Assembly (NCBI GenBank): GCA_026025075.1
Contig: JAPEUI010000020.1
Location: forward strand, 62,001 to 126,000
Length of the DNA: 64,000 nt
Source: Vezdaea acicularis
Lineage: Eukaryota
Reading direction: 5' to 3'
Of the stretch, positions 54,566 through 64,000 are shown piece after piece (position 1 is the first letter of the stretch; each line of letters opens with the position of its first letter). The position numbers were made by a program, and so were the translations under genes. The notes beneath the pieces were generated by a model. The model was not told the DNA's origin. It was given only the letters and a program-made list of their open reading frames with translations, and ran no database searches.

Positions 54566-56671
54566 ATGTCTGCTGCGCAGCTACTTAATCCGAAGGCCGA
54601 GTCTCGAGTAAGAGGTCCAGCACTGTCTAAGCATTTGCCAATATGCTAATACGCTTTAGAGGCGGGGTGAAGCTCTTAGAGTCAACATCAACGCAGGAGA
54701 GGGGCTACAAGATGTTTTGAAATCCAACCTTGGTCCTCTGGGGACGATCAAGATGTAAGCTTGCAATCCCCGTGACTTATATCTTTGTACCAGCGACTGA
54801 CTGCTTAGGCTGGTAGATGGTGCTGGCGGAGTAAGGATGTCCCAGCTTCTATCCATCCCTTGGGGAAAAGCTGTTGACTCTAATTTGGTGCAGATCAAGC
54901 TTACAAAAGATGGAAGCGTGCTCTTGAAAGAAATGGTCTGTCCGATGTGGAAACGCTGTGCTGCTCTGTTGCTAATCTGATGTAGCAAATACAAAATCCA
55001 ACTGCTGTATGTTGTGACCTATAAAGTTCGATCATCATAACGAATATTGACAGCTTCAAAGGTCATGATAGCTCGGGCAGCTACTGCGCAAGATGAGATC
55101 ACTGGAGACGGAACGACATCAGTGGTGTTATTAGTTGGAGAACTCCTTAGGCAGGCCGATCGGTATATACAAGAAGGACTGCACCCTCGGATTATCACAG
55201 ATGGTTATGAGATTGCAAAATCAGAAGCTCTGAAGGTAAGACTGGCTTTGTACGTGTCTGGGTTGCTCCTGACATAACACTACAGTTCTTGGATACCTTT
55301 AAGCTCAAGAAGGAAGTAGATCGAGAATTGCTCCTATCTGTTGCGAGGACGTCGCTGTCAACCAAAATAAATAGCACACTGGCCGAACAGCTTACCCCAT
55401 CAATTGTGAATGCGGTCCTGACTATCTATAACCCCCCAGCAAAGCCGGACCTACACATGATAGAAATCATGAAAATGCAGCATCGCACGGCAGCAGATAC
55501 CCAACTCATTCGAGGATTAGCTTTGGATCACGGCGCGAGACACCCGGATATGCCGAAGAGGGTAGAAAATGCGCATATCTTGATCTTAAATGTCAGCTTA
55601 GAGTACGAGAAGTCGGAGGTGAACTCGGGCTTTTTCTACTCGAGCGCTGACCAGAGAGAAAAGCTGGTTGAGAGCGAACGCAAATTTGTGGATGAGAAAC
55701 TAAGGAAGATTGTCGAGCTCAAGAAAGAAGTATGCGGCAACGACCCCAAGAAAGGCTTTGTGATTGTAAATCAAAAAGGAATCGATCCTTTAAGTCTAGA
55801 TGTCCTTGTGAAGAATGGCATATATGCGCTTAGAAGAGCGAAGAGACGAAATATGGAACGTCTTCAGCTTATCTGTGGAGGCACGGCGCAGAATAGCGTA
55901 GACGACCTTACAAAGGACGTGCTTGGATGGGCTGGGCTGGTATACGAGCATCAACTGGGGGAGGAAAAATATACGTTCATAGTAAGTCTGAGATTCACCT
56001 TGCAGCAACCCAGGGCCAACTCTTACAATTAATAGGAGGATGTCAAGGAGCCTAAGTCCGTCACTCTTCTAATCAAGGGACCAAACGCGCATACAATCGC
56101 ACAGATCACTGATGCCGTCCGAGATGGTCTCCGAAGCGTGTATAATATGATTGTTGATAAGAGCGTTGTCCCTGGCGCGGGTGCTTTTCAAGTTGCTTGT
56201 GCGGCGCACCTCACAAGTGAAGCTTTTAGAAAGCAAGTTAAAGGCAAGGCCAAGTGGGGTGTTCTGGCTTTCGCAGATGCCCTTCTTATCATTCCGAAGA
56301 CTTTGGCTGCGAACTCTGGGCACGATATTCAAGATTCATGTAAGCTCAAGTGTTGTGCGATTCAGCGTGTGATACTGATGTTTATTCTTAGTGGCTGCCT
56401 TGCAGGATGAGCAAGCAGAAGGTGGTATTGTCGGTCTCAACCTGACGACTGGCGAGCCTATGGACCCAATTCAAGAGGGCGTCTATGACTCCTTTCGAGT
56501 TTTGCGTAATTGCATCGCATCCAGTTCTGGCATAGCCTCTAATTTACTCTTATGTGACGAGCTCCTGAAGGCAAGACAAATGGTAAGTTCACTCTTTCCT
56601 GTGTCAATGACGCCCAAACTAACTCCAGTGTGCAGGGGAGGCAAGCGGGTCCAGGAGGAGAGGCGGAATGA
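54566..56671 (+). CDS. CCT6: Chaperonin CCT/TRiC subunit zeta (about 9 introns, including 21-22 nt micro-exons)
   Basis: [51 protein letters not shown] and [14 protein letters not shown]. Confidence 0.95.
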
Positions 56672-57735
56672 TAAAAGAGGATGTCATTTGCGTTTGAAAA
56701 GAAGTATTTCACTCGGAATAAGAAGTCATTCAAGAGAATTAGCATTGGAAGCGGTTTGCATTGTATTGTAGCGACTCTAGATGTAGAACGTATCACTACA
56801 CTGTGAATCAGATCGGCCGCAAGACCGTGACAACCATTTGGGCATTGAGATTATAGTAGCAACGAGGTTGCCGCCTCCATGACTGAGATGGCTTTAGTGG
56901 CTTTTTCCCACTTCACATGCTCAATATGGAGTCTTATACTAGAGCGAAAAACGACGAGCTTGAAAGAAGACCTCAGAGTTGGGACACTTTTGTTTCCTGG
57001 TCACGACATATTAGAAGAGCTTATCTAAGGGATTTGAGTACAGTCCAGGGGATTTCCATATCAGGCGATAAGCTAATCAAATGCTTAGGCGTTTTATTCA
57101 CACTTATAACCTTGAGGGACCCAAGACTCCATCGCGAACCAAGGACAGCCATGCGACAAGATCATCGAGTCTGGACTGAGCAATCCCAGCCCTTCCCTTC
57201 TAAAGATGTATCCCGAACAGCTAAGGAATGGAAATAATGGGGACCGTTACATTCAACATCCTAAAGGCTGACATCAGCGCCCTTCTGACAAACAGGAGTA
57301 TTTTACCCCCAAACTTGGCATTTTACTAGGTCCAAAGCATGAACGCTGTTACCTGGATTGCATCCTAGGAGTTTAGTAGCCCGAAGTAATGGAAATCTCT
57401 ATCTAGGAAACCGGATCTGCCAACCTGAGCGTTCAGATCACGTCGATGCTTTCGGCTTTCATGTCAGGCCATTGCGGAACGGCTTGCTGGTTTTGGGTTG
57501 GGCCAAACACTAGCTTTGCCGGGGGTTCGGGTGGGAATGTGAGCAAAGCCGAACCGTTGCTGTGACAACAAGGTCTACCCGGCGCACGAGCATCTCCGAA
57601 ACTCACTTTCAATGTTCAAAATTTGTATCTTCTATTCTTTGAGACATCACGGGTCTCAGGCCGTCCTGTTTTTTCAACTTCCATTCTGTTCTTGCGATTT
57701 CCTCAGCCTTTGAGACAGGACCTAGGAAATTCGAG

Positions 57736-59960
57736 ATGAGCAGCGTCCGCGTGGTGGCGCGCATTCGCCCTTTACTCAGGACCGAGCTCCGTAAGGACGT
57801 CATCATCGAAGCAGCTCAGAACAGCAGAGATTCCCTCGGGAACCCGACGATAGTCCGAATCCCGAATCCAAAGAATGCCGGAGAAGAATTCAGTTTCCAA
57901 TTCAACAGTGTCTATGATCAGGAGGCTACGCAGGATGCTATCTTTCAGGCAGAAAGTGAGAACACCGCTCTGAACCTGCAATTATAATTACTAATCAGTG
58001 ATATTCTATATAGTCACACCAACCATCAAGCACCTTTTCCAGGGTTTTGACGTCACTCTATTTGCGTACGGAGTGACAGGGACTGGTAAAACATGGACAA
58101 TGAAGGGGGGAAAGAGCCTGGCCGAAAGGGGAGTGATTCCGAGATTACTTAGTGGTGTATATAGGCGGGGAAGAAAATTAGAAAAAGATTCTCAGGGCGA
58201 AACGACTGTCGAGGTGTCTCTGAGCTATTATGAAATCTACAATGTCCGTTCTCCCGCTATCCTTGAACGAGGTTTGTCCTAACCCGCCACAGGATCGGGT
58301 CTTCGATCTGTTTGAAGCACCAGAGAAGCGGACTGCTACGGGACTCCCATTAAGAGAAGCAGGTGGAAAGACACATGTAGTGGGACTGGTTGAACGGGCT
58401 TGTACGACACTGAAAGAGTTCGAGCAGTTATATGACGAAGCGAATTTAAACCGATCCACATCCGCTACAAAACTCAACGCACATTCTTCTCGGTCGCATG
58501 CGATTCTTTGCGTCAAACTCTCTATTACAACAGGCGACGAAGTCAAGATAAGCACAGCCTCTGCAATTGATCTGGCAGGCTCGGAAGACAACAGACGTAC
58601 CGAGAATGGCAAAGAACGGCTTGTGGAGTCTGCGAGCATTAACAAGAGTCTCTTCGTGCTGTCACAATGCGTGGAAGCTATCAGCAAGAAACAGAATCGG
58701 ATACCATATCGCGAGTCCAAGATGACCCGAATCCTTGGCTTGGGCCAAAACCAAGGCATTACAGTCATGATCCTGAACTTGGCCCCTGTGAGATCCTACC
58801 ATCTGGATACCTTGAGCTCTTTAAATTTTGCGAACAGAACCAAAAAAATCGAAACAAAAGAGATTGAAAACGAACCAATCTTCAAGGGGCCAGCCAAAGC
58901 GATAGCATCCATCACAGGCTCATCGATCCAGCGACAGCCACTTCGACCACTGGCGAGCAACACTAGTCTGACACGGCGGAACTCACCCGCATCCAAGAAA
59001 GGCACAGAGCGGCCTACAAAAGAGTTTTCCGTCTTCTCAGATAGGCCCTATACTAGTAACCAATTCTCAATGGCCAGCCAAGCCAAACGCGACTCCAGCG
59101 CCGTAAAACGCCCCTTAGAAACCCTCACCACAACCCGCCCTGCTAAGCTCCTCCGGCCAAGCGGCCACCTCCGTCCGGTCCGAAACGATGCACCCTCCCT
59201 TACGAAAGCCACAGTAGAAGAACTCGTCGAACGAAAGGTGGAAGCTATCCTCGCAGCTCGCGCCCTCGACGGCCCCGCCAAAGCACCCGAACGCATCAGT
59301 GAAGAAGTACAGCGGCGCCTGGACCAGCTAGAGCAGCGAATCGAGGACAAAGAGGACGGCCGGTCCGAAGGGCTGAACTACTTGCTTATGGCGAAACAAC
59401 ATCTCGTCAGAGGTGAAGACGCGTCCGCGCTGCGCATGTACCAACTCGCCACGTCCTTCTTTCCAGATAACGAGAAACTGGCGCACAAGGTTGCGGCGCT
59501 ACAGGAGAAGCTTAGGGCAAGGAAACGAGAGGAAGAGCCGCCTATGCCGGTGTTGCACGAAAAGGTGATGAACGGGCAGCGCAGGAGTCGTGCGCGCGCT
59601 GATGACAGCAATTATGAGTCTCAAGAGCAGAGCGCCAGCAGCGAATACGAAGAGGAGGAGACTGTCCGTTCAAGACCCAAGCCACACAAAGTCGCAAAAC
59701 TCCAACGACCCTTCTCAGCAGACGCTCCCGCGGGCGAGCAAACGCCGCGCACACAGCACCTCCTCCAGATCATCAACTCGCGTGACATCTCACGCATCAA
59801 ACTCCTCCGCGGCATCGGGGCCAAGAAAGCAGAGACTATCATCGAGTCCCTCGGTCTGGTGGACGAGGACGACCTCATCGAGGATCTGGCGCAGCTCGGC
59901 AGGCTGAAGGGCGTTGGTGCTAAGACGGTGCAGAATATGCGGTCTAGCTTGGTGCATTGA
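57736..59960 (+). CDS. Kinesin with C-terminal helix-hairpin-helix DNA-binding motifs (kinesin-10/Kid-like; 2 introns)
   Basis: VRVVARIRP, P-loop GVTGTGKT, switch I NAHSSRSH, switch II DLAGSE, IPYRESK, and C-terminal LRGIGAKKA and LKGVGAKT HhH pair. Confidence 0.88.
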
Positions 59961-60008
59961 AGGGCAGGGATCTGTGTAGGCTTCGCATTGATGGCGCTTG
60001 GGGTGCGT

Positions 60009-60039
60009 GTGGGCATTTTGTGGGCATTTTGTGGGCATT
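60009..60039. repeat. Short tandem repeat, 11-nt unit GTGGGCATTTT, about 2.8 copies
   Basis: Read directly, just downstream of the kinesin stop codon. Confidence 0.9.
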
Positions 60040-60335
60040 GGGTGGCGTGGCATCAGGGCTTGCGGTTCGTGCTTTTGGGATCGTCTGCAGATGCGTATAT
60101 ATCAGTGAGATAGACTGATTTGTCTGGAACCGGCTGAATCCCTGGAGACCATGCACGAACGGTGGCATGTTTTCGTGAACAGCGTGTCCATTATTCACAC
60201 GGCGGAAAGGAGTTATGGAGCCATCGCGTTCTTGGGGACAACAGAGGAAAGGAGAAGCGGGGTGTCTGGATGTTCCACACCGTGGGTACAATGGACGTCG
60301 TCCTCGATATTCTGAACGACTGCGGACTATCATGC

Positions 60336-60691
60336 ATGAGGATCGTAACACTATGGCTTGTGTCCTACGTAGTCATTGAAGTAGTAGCCATTGAGCCTGC
60401 ACCATTCAACAATCGCACGCGTGCCCCCCAACCACCAAGTATCGACTACTACACGGCTTTGAATTCCAGTACGAAGTCTATTACATATACTCAAGAGGGG
60501 TTTCACATTTGCCGCACTTCCACCCGAACAACAGTCCTCCGCCCATTTCACTCATGAGTAGACCTGCCCGCATAAGGGTGAATCTCTATCAGCCTGGCCG
60601 GCAAGCTCGTCTAGTGGAAGCGGAGGAGGTGGGATGGGTATCCCACGGACTTGTCGGGCTGGGGTCGAGAACGCGGTTCTTGACTAACTGA
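60336..60691 (+). pseudogene. Probable decayed copy (A) of the tandem small secreted protein family
   Basis: Signal-like MRIVTLWLVSYVVIEVVA...PFNN, a degenerate donor GCACGC (60415) one base out of phase, and acceptor CAG|TAC GAA GTC (YEV, 60470). HFHP follows, then GKLV* in a shifted frame (compare GQLVY in copy D). The conserved cysteines are lost. Confidence 0.5.
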
Positions 60692-60859
60692 CGCTAAAAC
60701 GCCTCGATAAAACGGGATCTGGAGCCGTAGACTTGGGAAGGCGATGAGTGCGGCTTCGGGAGGTCGGGATGGCATAGGCCCCTTGATGGCCTGATGGTGT
60801 ACGCACTGTTCGCGCGAGCAACCTGGGGGTGATATCGCGGGATGGAAGGAGTAGTTCAG

Positions 60860-61143
60860 ATGCGGCTTATGGCTGCGCTAGTTCTGATTATATTTGTGCC
60901 TCAATCACTCGCCCGTATCTATGCATGATGAGGAGCTTTCTAGGGATGAGGGCTGTTTGAGTCGATGGGCGGCCTGTATATTGCCCGAGGTCATTTGCTG
61001 TATATTGGTTTACGATTGATATGTTCGTCAGAGGGCACACTTATTATTTGCGGAGGCCATATTATCACTAGGATACTCAATTGCTTTCGAATCCGGATTG
61101 TTTGCATCATCCTTGCATCGCAGGAGGCATCTGGAATCCATAA
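60860..61143 (+). pseudogene. Probable frameshifted copy (A2) of the tandem small secreted protein family
   Basis: Signal-like MRLMAALVLIIFVPQSLARIY, then LICSSEGTLII (Cys at 61022), and in a different frame C-IAGG-IWNP* (61114-61143), matching the family's C-x4-[LFI]W[ND]P. Confidence 0.55.
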
Positions 61144-61495
61144 CAAGGGAATTGAAATTCAAAGAGGAAGGATAACGATCCTCCGCCATGTTAGATGAAA
61201 ACGAGATATCAGATCGACCACCAATTGGCACCCCAAACGCGTGAGCAAAAGCGGCAATTAGCATTTTCGGTACCTGATAAACGTTCGCGCAGATGACGCG
61301 CCTTGTGGAAAATGATAGACGTAAGGGAAAAGCCGAGACAGGGCCGAAGGGGTAGATCATCAAACATATTCGCGCAAGGAGACTACCGAAACACCAACGC
61401 AGTCTGACGAGATGACGGGCATAGGAAGAGACATAAATGCACGAATCTTGTCTCTGCTTGTCACTTGGAGTCTTAGACTATGATCACTGCGCAGA

Positions 61496-61939
61496 ATGAA
61501 GCTACCGCTTTGGTGGGTTTGGACGTTCGTGGCGCTCGCCGTGGCTCCAGCCACTACTCGACTCAACATTGTGCGTGGATACCTCATGACTGGCCCAGGA
61601 TTCTGGGGCGTTGACTGATACAGATCATTGTAGTATGAAGTCGTGTGCGTATCCATCATTGAGCGAACACGGGGGCAAACCTTTTTTCCAGCCCGCACCT
61701 GGCTCTTAAGGTGTTCCCACCGCGGCACCCTCTTCCGAGAAGGATGGCCACAACTCCCTCTGGCTCAACCCTATGCTACACGTTATAGCGACGTGGCGTG
61801 TCGGTGTGTGGTCAGGGACCTGTGGAATCCACGTGACGGCGAAGATCTGCCGACGCATCGGCGGAGATCGAGGGATTGGATGGTCAATAACTTGGCGCCC
61901 TGGAACATTCGGATGAATCCCTTTGGCTCTGGGGATTGA
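61496..61939 (+). CDS. Small predicted-secreted cysteine-pattern protein, copy B (126 aa; exons 61496-61570 and 61634-61939)
   Basis: Exon 1 MKLPLWWVWTFVALAVAPATTRLNI; intron GTGCGT...ACTGAT...TAG; exon 2 YEVVC...CSHRG...CRCVVRDLWNP...RDWMV. Homologous to copies C and D. Confidence 0.85.
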
Positions 61940-62453
61940 CAGTCGTAAGCTGGCGTTGCACATGCTGAGTCATGGCTTAAGGGTTTTGAAGATAGGCTCA
62001 ACCTCGGGCTCAGAATCCGAGTCTAAGTGTTTAGATGTAGTTCGCCTACTGCCAAGGATTTGGGTTTGGGTGTCTTCAGATACGGATCAGCGATGGCATG
62101 TATTTCTAGCCTTGTATTGGATCCGCATCATTAAAGCTTCCTACCGTCGTAATGGACACGTCTTTCAATCGAGTGAGTTTTTTTCAAAGCGCCCGAAGCC
62201 TCGGATGTAAAGTACATCTGCAATCGATCATCTCACATGAAAATCGGTGTCGCCGGGTCAGGGGTAGTTAGTTTCACTTCTACTTCAGAATGACGCATGC
62301 TAGATCTAGGCCGGTTCTGGCCGACATTCGTGAGTCTGCATGTGTGACGCAGCGGGCAAACACTGTCCCAAGCATTTAATTGCGCAAATGATCATGTTAC
62401 TACATATACATACGTGTGAGGGTCCAGAAAGGAGGGGGATGGGGACGTGAGGG

Positions 62454-62459
62454 TATAAA
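62454..62459 (+). promoter_or_regulatory. TATA box of copy C
   Basis: TATAAA 69 nt before the ATG. Similar elements lie 62-64 nt before copies B and D. Confidence 0.55.
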
Positions 62460-62522
62460 TCGGGCGATGGGCCGACACCGACTATTCTTCACCTTCTCCA
62501 AGAAGGAGAAAGCTGTGCATGC

Positions 62523-62955
62523 ATGATGAAGCTATTCATCTGGCTCTATACTTTCGTCGTAGTTGGGGTAGCGGCACCAGGCAGGATGAATTTGGTATGT
62601 ACGGCATCCTGCGACAGGAAATTGCCGCAGAGTGGACTGATATCTGACGGCTTCCCAGTACGAGGTTGAGTGCGAAATTCTCTTGGAGGACCGCAGGGTT
62701 AGTCTATACCCAGAGTTCCTATTTGGCGAGTTGGACTGCTCGGAGCAAGGTCATATAGTATTCGATCGACACTCAACTTTCCACACTTCCTACGTAGCAC
62801 CAGCGCGTGGCAATACAATCACGTGCCGTTGCAAGGGCAAGGACTTCTGGAATCCAAGGCCTAGACACAGGGGTAAAGACGAAGATACCACGGCGTACCG
62901 TCGAAGGTTCAGAGAGTGGATGATCACCGAACTGATTCCCAAGGATGGCGGTTAG
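62523..62955 (+). CDS. Small predicted-secreted cysteine-pattern protein, copy C (122 aa; exons 62523-62594 and 62659-62955)
   Basis: Exon 1 MMKLFIWLYTFVVVGVAAPGRMNL; intron GTATGT...CTGAC...CAG; exon 2 YEVEC...CSEQG...CRCKGKDFWNP...REWMI. Confidence 0.87.
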
Positions 62956-63151
62956 GCGTAATTCTGGTCCATTCTCGAAAGAGCTGAAAGCTAGCATGGG
63001 GATGCATTGTGATCTTCCCCCAAATAATAGCGCAAAGAATCGTGAAGGAGCGGAAGGATGAGGTGACAAAACCCGGGTTCGCGGAGGGATATATATGTAC
63101 GATACCTACGACTCTGTTCATATTGCTTTTTCCAAGTGCTGCAAGTACGTC

Positions 63152-63568
63152 ATGAAGGCTCTTCCATGGCTGGCCATGATTGTCGCCACTGCCGCAGCTC
63201 TGCCTTTCAATCTTGTATGCCAAGCTCTCTTTAAGGTCGAGGTATCGACCTGATGCTCTATCGACTGACATGTGAGAATCACGCAGTACGAACCGCAATG
63301 TGAGCACCTCTCAGGACGACTCGGCGGCATCCGCTTTCATCCATCTGCCGTTGCGGAAATCGAATGCACGTATGAAGGGCAGCTCGTATACAGGAATCGC
63401 GAGCTGCGTCGCCAGTGTACAATAATTCACAGTCGAATGGGCCATTTGATATGCCGGTGTCTTGGGAGAGATATCTGGGACCCGCCAAATGAGCGAAGTC
63501 AAGACTGGATTGTTAGTAAATTGGCCATCACCCACGCTCGACACAGGTCCATGGGCGTTGGAGGATGA
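63152..63568 (+). CDS. Small predicted-secreted cysteine-pattern protein, copy D (114 aa; exons 63152-63214 and 63287-63568)
   Basis: Exon 1 MKALPWLAMIVATAAALPFNL; intron GTATGC...ACTGAC...CAG; exon 2 YEPQC...CTYEG...CRCLGRDIWDP...QDWIV. Confidence 0.87.
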
Positions 63569-64000
63569 AGAGATATGAGATCCAGAAAAGCTGGAACATT
63601 TGGGAGGGTGCTTCGCGGGGCCACCAATCCTCTGTAATAATAGCAGCTGATGTTTAGAGAAGCCTTGCAGGCTGAGGTCGAATGCAAATCAAGGTTACGT
63701 GAAGAGATTTAGTGGGCAACCGCAAAACCGCATAGAAAGCGAGCTTTCAGGAACCCTTAATCGATACAAGAAAAGTGCATGATCACGTGGAAGCTCGTGA
63801 TTTTTCCAGCTGAGCGCTCCCGTGCGTGCCGCAGCGGCCCCCCCTGGCGGCGGCGCAAAGGGAAGGTAGTCGCACTGTAAAAAGTCATAAGTCACGTGGT
63901 AGCAAGGAAAAAGCACGTGGGGTTGAGATTTTCGTGTTGCGGTAGTCACGGTCAAGATGAGGGCATTTTGATCTTGGATCGCAAGCCCCCTCGCCAGGGA

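Noticed and set aside
57415..57660. U1 snRNA call, based on GATCACG and ATTGC loops and an Sm-like AATTTGT
   Set aside because: The essential 5' ATACTTACC is absent and the spacing does not fit. Kept only as an unassigned structured-RNA candidate.
61940..62450. Possible further family copy between B and C (95-aa ORF 61923-62210)
   Set aside because: No signal exon, YE start, CRC or WxP motif found in the frames I read.

Overview
Gene-dense, intron-containing fungal DNA. The short GT(A/G)NGY...CTRAY...YAG introns and the protein families point to a filamentous ascomycete; the species cannot be told from the sequence. Bases 1-59960 are a block of about 23 mostly housekeeping genes, many in divergent pairs: ATM1 3' end, RSC1/2-like, OTU1, ATG26, FCP1, a hypothetical gene, LETM1-like, NAB3-like, ICT1/PTH4-like, UTP6, CWH43, MSH2, JEM1/DNAJC3-like, HAUS1-like, a GH47 mannosidase, eIF3e, IMG2, SWI1-like, RPT3, PEP4, NOP56, CCT6 and an HhH kinesin. 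The most interesting part is 60336-63568, which the ORF track splits up. It is a same-strand tandem array of a small predicted-secreted protein family I do not recognise. Three copies are intact two-exon genes (126, 122 and 114 aa). They share a signal-peptide exon, a phase-0 intron at the same position and the spacing YExxC-x21-C-x28-CRC-x3-D-x-W-[ND]-P. Two further copies appear decayed. Other points: an 84-nt RPT3 intron bounded by a perfect 19-nt direct repeat, two GC-AG introns (NAB3-like, MSH2), and a possible structured RNA upstream of the kinesin. Exon boundaries were worked out by hand; no database searches were run.
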